NCBI GenBank assembly: GCA_035575675.1
Contig: DATLXS010000182.1
Location: 880-64,879 of the forward strand
Reading direction: 5' to 3'
Source of the DNA: Gemmatimonadales bacterium
GTDB lineage: Bacteria; Gemmatimonadota; Gemmatimonadetes; Gemmatimonadales; GWC2-71-9
DNA length: 64,000 nucleotides
The notes under the pieces were generated by a model that worked only from the letters and a program-made list of their open reading frames with translations, was not told the DNA's origin and did not search any database. Below, one piece after another: positions 30,729 to 40,363 of the stretch. The translations under genes were made by a program, and so were the position numbers. How positions within the stretch are numbered: position 1 is the first letter of the stretch; every line of letters begins with the position of its first letter.

Positions 30729-31858
30729 TGGTCCGCAAACTTCACAACTTCGACGACTGGATCGACTACTTCCGCTACTGGCAGGACTCGATCGGTCTCC
30801 CGCAGGGCGATCTTCGCAAGTACGGGTTCGAGGCCAAGTTCGGGGAGCCCGAGGTGCCGCACATCGAGTTCGGGCACTACAAGGGCCAGCGCAAATGGCC
30901 GACCGTGATGCACATCCCCGACCAGCGCATCCGCGACGCGCTGCTCAACCTGATCGTCTACCAGGGTGATACGGAATTCGCCTCGGTGGAGCAGCAGCGC
31001 AACCTGCTGCAGCACGCGCCCTCCGCGTATGACCTCCTGTCATTGCAGCGCGTGATGACCGAAGAGATGCGGCATGGCTGGCAGATGTCCTATCTGCTCT
31101 GCAGCCATTTTGGTGATGAGGGCAAGCGCGAAGCGGCGAAGCTGCTCGAGCGGCGCGCCGACGAGGGCGAGCGGCTGCTCGGCTCGTTCAACGAGATCGT
31201 CGACAACTGGCTCGACTTCTTCACCTACACCCAGTTCATCGACCGCGACGGCAAGTTCCAGCTCAAGATGCTGTCCGTCTCGGCGTTCGATCCGCTGTCC
31301 CGCTCGATGGGTCCGATGCTGAAGGAAGAGTCGTACCACCTGGGCACCGGCAACAACGGGCTGCTGCGCATCGTGAAGGCCGGCAAGATGCCCCCGGAGG
31401 TGATGCAGCGGTTCTTCTATAAGTGGATCCCCACGGCGTTCGACCTCTTTGGAACCGACAATTCCTCGTCCGCGCACTGGGCGTACGTGTGGGGACTCAA
31501 GGGGCGGTATGACGAACGCGAGAATCCCACCAACGGCGCGGAGCCGGACAAGAGCAAGCTGAACGAGCTGGCGCGGAATCTGTACCGCCAGGAGATCGTG
31601 AAGCTGGTCGAGCGGCTCAACATGTTTATCCCGGAGCGCGAGCGGCAGCTCAAGGTGCCGGATCTCAAGTTCAACCGCCGGATCGGGATGTACGCGCACC
31701 AGACGTTCACGGTGGACGGGCAGCCGATCGACGCGGCCAAGTATCCCGCTTATCTGGAGTCGGTGCTGCCGCGCCCCGAAGACATCGCGACCGTGCACGA
31801 CATCGAGAAAGAACCGGACTGGATCGAGCCGAAGAGAGCCGACAGCCTCCAACAGTGA
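30728..31858 (+). CDS. BoxB-like diiron oxygenase (benzoyl-CoA 2,3-epoxidase subunit B family)
   Basis: 376 aa. YQGDTEFASVEQQ, TEEMRHGWQM (EXXH), FIDRDGKFQL and LKEESYHLGTG (EXXH). From memory these track the BoxB ligand-bearing helices closely. The protein is shorter than canonical BoxB at both ends. Confidence 0.6.
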   Translation: MVRKLHNFDDWIDYFRYWQDSIGLPQGDLRKYGFEAKFGEPEVPHIEFGHYKGQRKWPTVMHIPDQRIRDALLNLIVYQGDTEFASVEQQRNLLQHAPSAYDLLSLQRVMTEEMRHGWQMSYLLCSHFGDEGKREAAKLLERRADEGERLLGSFNEIVDNWLDFFTYTQFIDRDGKFQLKMLSVSAFDPLSRSMGPMLKEESYHLGTGNNGLLRIVKAGKMPPEVMQRFFYKWIPTAFDLFGTDNSSSAHWAYVWGLKGRYDERENPTNGAEPDKSKLNELARNLYRQEIVKLVERLNMFIPERERQLKVPDLKFNRRIGMYAHQTFTVDGQPIDAAKYPAYLESVLPRPEDIATVHDIEKEPDWIEPKRADSLQQ

Positions 31859-32541
31859 AGCCTTTGGTGATTGCCCACCGGGGTGCCTCCAGCATCGAGC
31901 TGGAGAACTCCCTCGCCGCCTTCCGCGCGGCCCGAGGGCAGGGCGCCGACGGCGTCGAGCTGGACGTCCACGCCACGATCGACGGAGAAATCGTCGTTCA
32001 CCACGATCCGTCCATTATCGGCCTCCCGATCGCGCAGACGCTGGCGACGGACCTCGCGACCGTGCCACTCGCGAACGGTGAGCCCATTCCCACGCTCGCG
32101 CAGGCGCTCGACGTGCTCGGCACGCTCAGAGTCTTCGTCGAGGTGAAAGTGCTCGACCCCCGCTGGGATGATCGGTTGTTCGCGACGCTCGAGCGCGGCC
32201 CGAACCCGGCCGGGTACGCGGTACACAGCTTTCTCGAGCCTGTGATCCGGCGACTGGGTGAGAAACGGCCGACCCTGGCGCGGGGGATTCTTTCGGAAGT
32301 CCGCTCGCCGTCCGCCAAGCAGATCCTCGCGGACGCCGCGGCGCAGACACTCTGGCCCGAGCAAACGACGATCGATGAGCGGCTCGTGCAGGCGGTTCAC
32401 GGCCTGGGCGCGACGCTCATTGCGTGGACGGTGGACAATCCGGCTGACATGGAGCGCCTGGTGCACTGGGGCGTAGACGGTCTCTGCACCAACCATCCCG
32501 AGCGCGCGCGGCGGGTGGTCGACGGGAGCCGAGCCGCGTGA
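31855..32541 (+). CDS. Glycerophosphodiester phosphodiesterase family protein
   Basis: 228 aa. VIAHRGAS..ENSLAAF..GADGVELDVH...VVHHD GDPD signature. Confidence 0.85.
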   Translation: MKPLVIAHRGASSIELENSLAAFRAARGQGADGVELDVHATIDGEIVVHHDPSIIGLPIAQTLATDLATVPLANGEPIPTLAQALDVLGTLRVFVEVKVLDPRWDDRLFATLERGPNPAGYAVHSFLEPVIRRLGEKRPTLARGILSEVRSPSAKQILADAAAQTLWPEQTTIDERLVQAVHGLGATLIAWTVDNPADMERLVHWGVDGLCTNHPERARRVVDGSRAA

Positions 32542-33395
32542 ACCCCCCTCGCGTCGCCGTACTCGGCGCCGGCACGATGGGGCACGGCATCGCCTACATC
32601 GCTGCGCTCGCAGGATGCAAAGTCAGGCTCACCGACGCACAACCCGATGCCCTGCCCCTGGCGATGAGTAAAATCGAGAGCTTGCTCGAAGGTGGCGTGA
32701 AGCGCGGGAAGATCACCGAGCAGGAGCGGAATCAGGTCCACGAGCGGCTGCGCGCCGAGCCGCAGCTCGGTGCCGCGGTCGCCACGGCCGACATCGTGAT
32801 CGAGGCGGTCGTCGAGGACCTGGCGATCAAGCAGCGCCTCTTCGCGGATGTCGAACGCGCGGCGCCGCCCGATGCCCTACTCGCCACAAACACCTCTTCA
32901 TTATCGATCGGGCAGATCGCCGCCCCGATGGCGCACCCGGCGCGACTGGTCGGCATGCACTTCTTCAATCCGGTGTACGTCATGAAGCTGGTCGAGGTCG
33001 TCACCCACGGACGCAACAGCCGGCCCGCGGCCGAGCGCGCCGTGGAATTCGCCCGGCAGCTCGGCAAGGAGCCGATCGTCGTGCGCGATTCCCCCGGTTT
33101 CGCGTCCAGCCGGTTAGGGGTCGTCCTCGGCCTCGAAGCGATGCGCATGCTCGAGCAGGGCGTGGCGAGCGCGGAAGACATCGACAAGGCGATGGAGCTG
33201 GGCTACAACCACCCGATGGGGCCGCTCAAGCTGACCGATCTCGTGGGCCTCGACGTGCGCCTGGCGATCGCCGAGTACCTGCATGCGACGCTCGGCAAAC
33301 CGCAGTACGAGCCGCCGAAGATTCTGAAGGAGAAGGTGAGCAAGGGCGAGCTGGGGAAGAAAACGGGAAAGGGGTTCTACGCCTGGGGCGATTGA
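32538..33395 (+). CDS. 3-hydroxyacyl/3-hydroxybutyryl-CoA dehydrogenase
   Basis: 285 aa. VAVLGAGTMGHGIA Rossmann motif, FFNPV.., SPGFASSR and MGPLKLTDLVGLD. Confidence 0.9.
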   Translation: MNPPRVAVLGAGTMGHGIAYIAALAGCKVRLTDAQPDALPLAMSKIESLLEGGVKRGKITEQERNQVHERLRAEPQLGAAVATADIVIEAVVEDLAIKQRLFADVERAAPPDALLATNTSSLSIGQIAAPMAHPARLVGMHFFNPVYVMKLVEVVTHGRNSRPAAERAVEFARQLGKEPIVVRDSPGFASSRLGVVLGLEAMRMLEQGVASAEDIDKAMELGYNHPMGPLKLTDLVGLDVRLAIAEYLHATLGKPQYEPPKILKEKVSKGELGKKTGKGFYAWGD

Positions 33396-34261
33396 GCCGT
33401 ATCACCGACGTCCACATCCATATCCAGCCGTGGCGCGACCTCAAGCCCAAAGTCCAGGAGGCGATGCGCAAGGGGAAAGAGGACCATTGGGAGGTCCTCA
33501 TCTCCCTGATGGACGATCCCCGCGCGCTGCTCGAGATGATGGACAAATCGGGCGTCTGGCGCGTCGGCCTCGTCAATTATCCGAGCCCCGACATCATGGG
33601 GTTCGACGATTCGACCAACACATTCGCCGCCACCTACGCCCGCGCGAATCCCGAGCGGCTGTTGCCCTATGGCGGCGTGCACGCGCGTTTCACGCGCGAT
33701 CCTGCGGGCGACGTCGATCGCTTGATCGATATGGGCATCCGGTTGCTCAAAATCCATCCGCCGCACCAGGCCTTCCCCGCCAACGCCTACACCGACGGCC
33801 TCGCGGCGCTTGGCCAGATCTACCGGCGCTGTGAAGAACGCGGCCTGCCGGTGATGATCCACACCGGCACATCGATCTTCCCGGGCGCGCGCTCGAAATT
33901 CGGCAATCCCATGGAGCTGGACGATGTCGCCATCGATTTTCCGGATCTGCAACTCGTGATGGCCCATGGCGGGCGGCCGCTCTACATGGAGGAAGCGTTT
34001 TTCATCCTGAGACGTCATAGGAAAGTCAGGCTCGATGTCTCAGGCATTCCGCCCTCCAAGCTGCTGGAGTACTTTCCTCGCCTGACGGAGATCTCGGACC
34101 GCGTGCTGTGGGGCACCGACTGGCCCAGCCCCGGTGTGAAAGACCTCCGGCAAAACATCGATCAGTTCCTGGCCCTGCCGCTTACGAACGAGCGGCAACA
34201 GGCTATCCTCGAAACCAACGCGCTGGCGCTTTTCCCTATGGAGTCTCGAACCCATGCATAA
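33392..34261 (+). CDS. Amidohydrolase-2 (TIM-barrel metal-dependent hydrolase) family protein
   Basis: 289 aa. ITDVHIHIQPW (HxH), ..IHPPHQ.., MIHTG and WGTDWP motifs. TTG start overlapping the upstream stop. Confidence 0.75.
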   Translation: MSRITDVHIHIQPWRDLKPKVQEAMRKGKEDHWEVLISLMDDPRALLEMMDKSGVWRVGLVNYPSPDIMGFDDSTNTFAATYARANPERLLPYGGVHARFTRDPAGDVDRLIDMGIRLLKIHPPHQAFPANAYTDGLAALGQIYRRCEERGLPVMIHTGTSIFPGARSKFGNPMELDDVAIDFPDLQLVMAHGGRPLYMEEAFFILRRHRKVRLDVSGIPPSKLLEYFPRLTEISDRVLWGTDWPSPGVKDLRQNIDQFLALPLTNERQQAILETNALALFPMESRTHA

Positions 34262-35627
34262 ACTGTTCGTGCTGCTGGTGGTGCTTCCTGGAACGCTGAT
34301 CGCGCAGGCCGCGCCGGCCACTGCTCCCGCCGGACGAATCGCGTTCGAGCAGTTCACGCTGCCCAGTGGCCTGCGCGTCATCTATTCCGAAGACCACTCG
34401 ACGCCGATCGTCACGGTGGATGTGTGGTACGAGGTCGGCTCGCGCAACGAGCGCCCCGGCCGCTCGGGGTTCGCGCACCTGTTCGAGCACATGATGTTCC
34501 AGGGGTCGGCGCACATCAAAAAGGCCGAGCACAACAAGTTGATCGAGCGCGCCGGCGGCGAGTTCAACGGCTCGACCGCCGAGGACCGCACGAACTATTG
34601 GGAGACGGTGCCGTCGAACCGTCTCAACCTGGCGCTCTGGGCGGAAGCAGACCGGATGCGCTCGCTTGCGATCACCCAGGAGAACTTCGAGAACCAGCGG
34701 CAGGCGGTCAAAGAGGAACGCCGGCTGCGCGTCGACAATCAACCTTATCAGGGTGCGTTCACGGACGGTCTCACGTTGCCGTTCGACAGCACCAGCTGCT
34801 TCCCCTACGCCCACACCGTCATCGGCTCAATGGCCGATCTCGACGCGGCGAAACTTCCGGATGTCCAGGCGTTCTTCGACAGCTACTACGCGCCCAACAA
34901 CGCGACCCTCGTCGTGGTGGGCGATTTCGCGCCGAGCGAGCTGCGCCGCCTCGTGAATCAGTACTTCGCGGGGGCGCCGAGTCACCCGGTGCCGGAAGCG
35001 CCGCGGTGCGATGCGACGGCGACCGGCACCGTTCCCCGGCGCCGCGAGGTGCATGACGCGCAGGCAAATCTGGACGCGGTGCTCCGCATCTACCGCGTTC
35101 CGGACCATCGCCACGCCGACACGCCCGCGCTCGAGATCCTCAACATCATCCTCGGCCAGGGCGAGAGCTCGCGGCTCAACGTCTCGGTCGTGCGGCGGGA
35201 AAAGGCCGCGGTCGGGTCGGGCGCCATTCTCAACCCGTTCGGCTCGCGCAACGGGCCCGGGATCTGGGTCGCGTACGGTATCGTGAACTCGGGAGTGCCG
35301 GCGGACCGGCTGGACAGCCTGATTGGGGTGCAACTGGACAGCATTCGTGCCAACGGCATTACGCCGGACGAGCTCGACAAGGCGAAGAACGCGCTACGCG
35401 CCGGCTTCATTACCAACCGGGAGACCACGTTGGGCAAAGCGGAGGAGCTGCATCACTACCTGACGTTTCATACGTCGATCGAAGAGATCAACACCGATCT
35501 CGACCGGCTGCTCGCGGTGACGAGCGACGATGTGAAGCGGGTCGCGAACACCTACCTGGCGCCCGGCAATCTGACGCTGGTGGTCGTTCGTGCGGGTGCG
35601 GCGCCGGCGAGCGGAGGTGCCCAATGA
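34254..35627 (+). CDS. M16 (pitrilysin-family) zinc peptidase, active subunit
   Basis: 457 aa. Signal peptide MHKLFVLLVVLPGTLIAQA and an intact HLFEHMMFQGS (HxxEH) zinc motif. Confidence 0.9.
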   Translation: MHKLFVLLVVLPGTLIAQAAPATAPAGRIAFEQFTLPSGLRVIYSEDHSTPIVTVDVWYEVGSRNERPGRSGFAHLFEHMMFQGSAHIKKAEHNKLIERAGGEFNGSTAEDRTNYWETVPSNRLNLALWAEADRMRSLAITQENFENQRQAVKEERRLRVDNQPYQGAFTDGLTLPFDSTSCFPYAHTVIGSMADLDAAKLPDVQAFFDSYYAPNNATLVVVGDFAPSELRRLVNQYFAGAPSHPVPEAPRCDATATGTVPRRREVHDAQANLDAVLRIYRVPDHRHADTPALEILNIILGQGESSRLNVSVVRREKAAVGSGAILNPFGSRNGPGIWVAYGIVNSGVPADRLDSLIGVQLDSIRANGITPDELDKAKNALRAGFITNRETTLGKAEELHHYLTFHTSIEEINTDLDRLLAVTSDDVKRVANTYLAPGNLTLVVVRAGAAPASGGAQ

Positions 35628-37738
35628 ACCGGCGGAATGTGGGAATGATGGAACGATGGACTGGACTACTGCTTCTCCTTTCCATCATTCCATCATTCAT
35701 TCCATCATTCCATCTTTCCGCCCAGGAGCCCTTCCCCACCAAGGCACCGGCTCCCAGTCGCCTCCGGCCCGTGCAGTTCCCGCCGTTCCGGGATGTCGCA
35801 CTGCCGAACGGGATGACCCTGCTGCTGGTCGAGAATCACGAGCAGCCGACCCTCTCGGTGAGTCTCAGCTTCCGCGCGGGAACCGCGTACGATCCCGCCG
35901 GCAAAGAAGGGGTCGCGGCGCTGGTCGCGGAGCTGTTGACCAAGGGCACCCCCACGCGCACCGCCGACCAGATCGAGGCCGCGATCGAGGGTGTGGGCGG
36001 GAGCATCGGCGCGAGCACGGGCGACGACTTCCTGACGATCTCGACCGACGTGCTGAGCGATCACGCGGATCTGGCGTTCTCGCTGCTCGGCGATGTGACG
36101 CGACGGGCGACGTACCCCGAGCAGGAGCTGGAGCTCGCGCGCACGCGGTTCCTTTCGTCGCTCGAGGTGGAGCTGTCGCAGGCCGATAATGTCGCCGCGC
36201 GCGCGTTCCAGAAGGAGATTTACGGCCGCAATCCGTACGGCCGAACCACGAGCGTTGCCGCCTACAAGGCGATCACTCGGGACGACGTCGTGGGGTTCGC
36301 GGCGCGGCGGCTGCGTCCCGGTGGCGCGCTCCTCGTGATCTCAGGCGATATCACCCTGCCGCAAGCCCGCGCGTTCGCGACCGAGGCGTTCGGCACCTGG
36401 CGCGGCGCCGCGGCGCCGACGCCCGCATTTCCCGCGGTCCCCACCAAACGCGGCACGGACATCCTGCTCGTCAACCGGCCGGGCTCCGTGCAGTCGAATA
36501 TCGTGATCGGCAATACGACCTTCCTCCCGACCGACAGCGGCTACTACCCGGCGCGGATCGCGACGCACGTCTTGGGCGGTGGCAGTGATTCCCGCCTGTT
36601 CATGATCCTGCGCGAGCAGAAGAGCTGGACGTACGGCTCCTACGCCGCGCTGCGGCGCAGTCGCGGCATGGGATTCTGGCAAGCGACATTCGAGGGCCGC
36701 ACCGAGGTCACCGACAGCGCGCTGACGGAGCTGCTCCATCAGATCGACCGGATACGCACCGAGACCATTTCCGACAGTGAGCTCGTTGCGGCGAAGGGGT
36801 TCCTCGTCGGCTCCTTCCCGCTGACGATCGAGACGCCGCGCCAAATCGCGCAGGTCGTCACGTCGGCGCGGCTGCTCGGGCTCGGCGCGGACTACATCCA
36901 GCGCTATCGCGAACGCCTCACGGCGGTGAGTGCCCTGCGCGCGCGCGCCGCGGCGCAGCGCGTCTTCAAACGCGATGCGCTCACGATCGTGGTGGTCGGC
37001 GACGCCAAGGCGCTATACGACAAGCTCAAGGCGATCGCGCCCGTGCGACTCGTGGATGTCGGCGGCAAGTCGATGGATCCGGCCGACCTGAATCCGACGG
37101 GCGGGCCGGTGGCGTTCGATCGCAGTCAGATCGTGGCGCACAGCGACAGCTTCCAGGCACTGGTGCAAGGCAACGCACTGGGGGGTCAGACCTCGAAGGT
37201 TGTCGTCACCGGTGATTCGATCGTCTATACCGAATCGACCGTGATTGGTGCGTTCGTCCAGCAACAGTCGACGGCCGTGCTGAACAGCGACCTGTCGATG
37301 CGTCGGACCGATCAGACCAGCGTGGTTCAGGGCCAGCACACGGAGATCCATCTCGTTTACGCGGGCGGGCGAGTGAAGGGCACGAGCCAGACGCCGCAGC
37401 CCGGCGGTCCGAAGACGATCTCGGTCGACACGACGGTTACCGCGGGGACGATCGACGACAACGCGCTCGCGGTCCTGTTGCCCGCGCTGGCGCTCGAGCA
37501 AGGCAAAACCTTCAACCTGAACGTCTTCTCGTCCGGCGAAGGCGTGACCAAGGTCGTCAGCGTGAAGGTCGCCGGCGTCGAGAACGTCGCGGTGCCCGCG
37601 GGGACCATCCCGGCCTACCGGCTCGAGTTGTCCGGGATGCAGCTGCCGCTCGTGATGCATGTCAGCCAGCAGGCGCCGCGGCGGGTCGTGCGGGTTGCGC
37701 CGACGGGAGCGCCGCTGGTGTTTGAACTCGTGAAATAA
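35624..37738 (+). CDS. M16-family peptidase, non-catalytic partner with ~250-aa C-terminal extension
   Basis: 704 aa. M16 fold with no HxxEH motif. ATGA overlap with the upstream M16 gene. The first ~33 codons are encoded by the inverted repeat at 35631-35722. Confidence 0.8.
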   Translation: MNRRNVGMMERWTGLLLLLSIIPSFIPSFHLSAQEPFPTKAPAPSRLRPVQFPPFRDVALPNGMTLLLVENHEQPTLSVSLSFRAGTAYDPAGKEGVAALVAELLTKGTPTRTADQIEAAIEGVGGSIGASTGDDFLTISTDVLSDHADLAFSLLGDVTRRATYPEQELELARTRFLSSLEVELSQADNVAARAFQKEIYGRNPYGRTTSVAAYKAITRDDVVGFAARRLRPGGALLVISGDITLPQARAFATEAFGTWRGAAAPTPAFPAVPTKRGTDILLVNRPGSVQSNIVIGNTTFLPTDSGYYPARIATHVLGGGSDSRLFMILREQKSWTYGSYAALRRSRGMGFWQATFEGRTEVTDSALTELLHQIDRIRTETISDSELVAAKGFLVGSFPLTIETPRQIAQVVTSARLLGLGADYIQRYRERLTAVSALRARAAAQRVFKRDALTIVVVGDAKALYDKLKAIAPVRLVDVGGKSMDPADLNPTGGPVAFDRSQIVAHSDSFQALVQGNALGGQTSKVVVTGDSIVYTESTVIGAFVQQQSTAVLNSDLSMRRTDQTSVVQGQHTEIHLVYAGGRVKGTSQTPQPGGPKTISVDTTVTAGTIDDNALAVLLPALALEQGKTFNLNVFSSGEGVTKVVSVKVAGVENVAVPAGTIPAYRLELSGMQLPLVMHVSQQAPRRVVRVAPTGAPLVFELVK
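35631..35722. repeat. Inverted pair of GGAATGA-type arrays with GGCGGAA/TTCCGCC termini
   Basis: Left arm GGCGGAATGTGGGAATGATGGAACGATGGA (35631-35660), a 20-nt spacer, and right arm TCCATCATTCCATCATTCATTCCATCATTCCATCTTTCCGCC (35681-35722). Confidence 0.85.
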
Positions 37739-37751
37739 CAGGAGATCCCTC

Positions 37752-39158
37752 ATGCGATATCTGTCGACCAGGCTGGCGATGCCGGTGCTCCTCGCCGGCT
37801 GCGCCTCAGCGGGTGCACGGACGACGACCGCGGCCGCACCCCCACAACCCGCCGCGCCAGCCGCGGCGGCCACACAGGATGCGGGCATCGGGCCCCAGTA
37901 TCCATCGACCTATCAGCGCCATCCCAATCCTCCGGTGCTGATCCGCAATGCCACGATCATGACGGCGGCGGGACAGGAGATTCAGGGCGGCTCAATTCTG
38001 TTCCGTGACGGCCGGATCGTCGCGGTGGGCGCGAACGTCACGGCGCCGACCGACGCGACGATCGTCGACGGCACGGGCAAGTGGGTGACGCCGGGCGTGA
38101 TCGACACGCACTCGCACATCGGCGTCTACGCCGCACCCGGCACGTTCGGGGAATCGGACGGCAACGAGGCCACGAGCCCGGTGACGGCCGAGGTGTGGGC
38201 GGAGCATTCGTTCTGGCCGCAGGATCCGCAGATCCCGCTCGCCATCGCGGGCGGTGTCACGACGATCCAGGCGCTCCCGGGGTCCGCGAATCTCATCGGC
38301 GGACGCAGCGCGGTGTTGAAGCTCGTCCCGGCGCGCTCGGTGCAAGAGATGAAGTTCCCCGGCGCGCACTACGGGCTGAAAATGGCGTGCGGTGAGAATC
38401 CCAAGCGCGTGTATGGAAACCGCGGCGGTCCGTCGACGCGGATGGGCAACATGGCCGGCTACCGCGCGGCATTCATCGCCGCTCAAGCCTATCGCCAGAA
38501 GTGGGACAAGTGGAACAAGGATCACCAGGGCGATCCGCCGGAGCGCAATCTGCGGAACGAGTCGCTCGCCGAGGTGCTGCGCGGCAACATCTACGTGCAG
38601 AACCACTGCTACCGCGCGGACGAAATGATGCAGATGCTCGATCTCGCCCATGAGTTCGGGTTCAAGATCCGCTCGTTCCACCACGCGGTGGAGGCGTACA
38701 AGATCGCCGACGTGCTGGCGCGCGAGGGCACGGCGGTGTCGATCTGGTCGGACTGGTGGGGTTTCAAAGAAGAGGCGATGGACGGGATCTACGAGAACGC
38801 CGCGCTGGTGCAGCAGGCGGGTGGGCGCGTGGTGATCCACTCCGATGACGCATCCGGCATTCAACGGCTCAATCAGGAGGCGGCAAAGGCGATGTATCAC
38901 GGCCGGCGCGCCGGAATTCCCATCACGCGGGACCAGGCGGTGCGCTGGTTCACCGCCAACCCGGCCTGGGTGCTCGGCCTCGACTCGATCGTCGGGTCGC
39001 TCGAGCCCGGCAAGATGGCCGATGTCGTGCTCTGGTCGGCCGATCCGCTTTCCGTCTATGCCCGCGCGATTCAGGTCTACAACGACGGCTGGCTCGTCTA
39101 CGACCGCAACGATCCGGCGCATCAACCAAGAACCGACTTCACGCTGGGGCAGCCATGA
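37752..39158 (+). CDS. Amidohydrolase-family lipoprotein (metal-dependent, HxH intact)
   Basis: 468 aa. Lipobox LLAGC. TPGVIDTHSHIG metal motif and a C-terminal ...PGKMADVVLWS pattern. Confidence 0.8.
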   Translation: MRYLSTRLAMPVLLAGCASAGARTTTAAAPPQPAAPAAAATQDAGIGPQYPSTYQRHPNPPVLIRNATIMTAAGQEIQGGSILFRDGRIVAVGANVTAPTDATIVDGTGKWVTPGVIDTHSHIGVYAAPGTFGESDGNEATSPVTAEVWAEHSFWPQDPQIPLAIAGGVTTIQALPGSANLIGGRSAVLKLVPARSVQEMKFPGAHYGLKMACGENPKRVYGNRGGPSTRMGNMAGYRAAFIAAQAYRQKWDKWNKDHQGDPPERNLRNESLAEVLRGNIYVQNHCYRADEMMQMLDLAHEFGFKIRSFHHAVEAYKIADVLAREGTAVSIWSDWWGFKEEAMDGIYENAALVQQAGGRVVIHSDDASGIQRLNQEAAKAMYHGRRAGIPITRDQAVRWFTANPAWVLGLDSIVGSLEPGKMADVVLWSADPLSVYARAIQVYNDGWLVYDRNDPAHQPRTDFTLGQP

Positions 39159-40363
39159 TCGCCTTCCTGCTTGCCCAGACGATCGCGATCACCGGGGGCA
39201 CGGTGTATCCGGTTTCGGGTCCGAAGATCGAAAACGCCACGGTGCTGATCCGTGATGGCCGGATTGCCGCCGTCGGAGCGACCGTGGCCGTGCCGGCAGG
39301 TGCGACGCGCATCGATGCATCCGGCAAGTGGGTAACACCCGGCTTCATCGATGGCGCGGGTCAGATGGGATTGCGGGAGATTGGCGCGGTCGACAATACG
39401 AGTGAGTACACCTTCCGGGGCAACGACGTCGCGGCTGCCTTCAACGTGCTCGAAGGCGTCAATCCGGCGTCCGCGCTCATCGCCGTGAACCGGATGGAAG
39501 GGATCACCACCACCCTCGCGGTGCCCAACGGCAATCTGATTTGGGGCCAGGCGGTGTTGATCGATCTCGATGGCGCGACGATCGAGGCGATGCGGGTGAA
39601 ATCACCCACCGCGATGGTCGCCGATTTGAGCGAAGGGTCCAAGGCCGCGGGCGGCGGCTCCCGCGCGGGCGTGGCGCAACGGCTGCGCCGCGTACTCGAT
39701 GACGCGCGCGAATACGCGACGCGGCGTGCCGATTATCGCCGCGCGCAGATCCAGCCGCTCAGCGCGAGCGCGGCGGACCTCGAGGCGCTGCAGCCGGTGC
39801 TGCGTGGTGAGCTGCCGCTGCTCGTGGTTGCGAACCGCCGCAGCGATATCGAGACCGCGCTGCGCATCGCCAAGGAGTACAAGCTGCGGCTGATTCTCGC
39901 GGGGGTCGCCGAGGGGTGGATGATCGCGAGCGAGATCGCGGCGGTGGGGGTGCCGGTGCTGGTCGAGCCGCTCGACAACATTCCGAGCTACGACGCGCTC
40001 GGCATCCGCTACGAGAACGCGCCGTTGCTCGCGAAGGGCGGCGTGAAGGTCGCGCTGATGGAGACGGCGACCGAGAATACCAGAGACCTGCGGCAGCAGG
40101 CAGGCAACGCCGTTGCGAACGGGATGCCGTGGGAGCAGGCGTTGCGGGCCGTGACGCTCACACCCGCCGAGATCTTTGGCGTGGCGGATCGGTACGGATC
40201 ACTGGACGCGGGGAAAGTTGCGAACGTCGTCGTCTGGACCGGTGATCCCTTCGATTTCTCGACGGGGGTCGAGCACGTATTCATACGGGGCAAAGACATT
40301 CGGTTGCGGAGCAGACAGACGGAGTTGCTGGAGAGGTATAAGACGCTGCCGCCGAAGTACTAG
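39155..40363 (+). CDS. Amidohydrolase-family paralog lacking the HxH metal motif
   Basis: 402 aa. Same fold (TPGFIDGAGQMG where HxH is expected; ..GKVANVVVWTGDP). ATGA overlap with the upstream paralog. No signal peptide from the only available start. Confidence 0.7.
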   Translation: MIAFLLAQTIAITGGTVYPVSGPKIENATVLIRDGRIAAVGATVAVPAGATRIDASGKWVTPGFIDGAGQMGLREIGAVDNTSEYTFRGNDVAAAFNVLEGVNPASALIAVNRMEGITTTLAVPNGNLIWGQAVLIDLDGATIEAMRVKSPTAMVADLSEGSKAAGGGSRAGVAQRLRRVLDDAREYATRRADYRRAQIQPLSASAADLEALQPVLRGELPLLVVANRRSDIETALRIAKEYKLRLILAGVAEGWMIASEIAAVGVPVLVEPLDNIPSYDALGIRYENAPLLAKGGVKVALMETATENTRDLRQQAGNAVANGMPWEQALRAVTLTPAEIFGVADRYGSLDAGKVANVVVWTGDPFDFSTGVEHVFIRGKDIRLRSRQTELLERYKTLPPKY

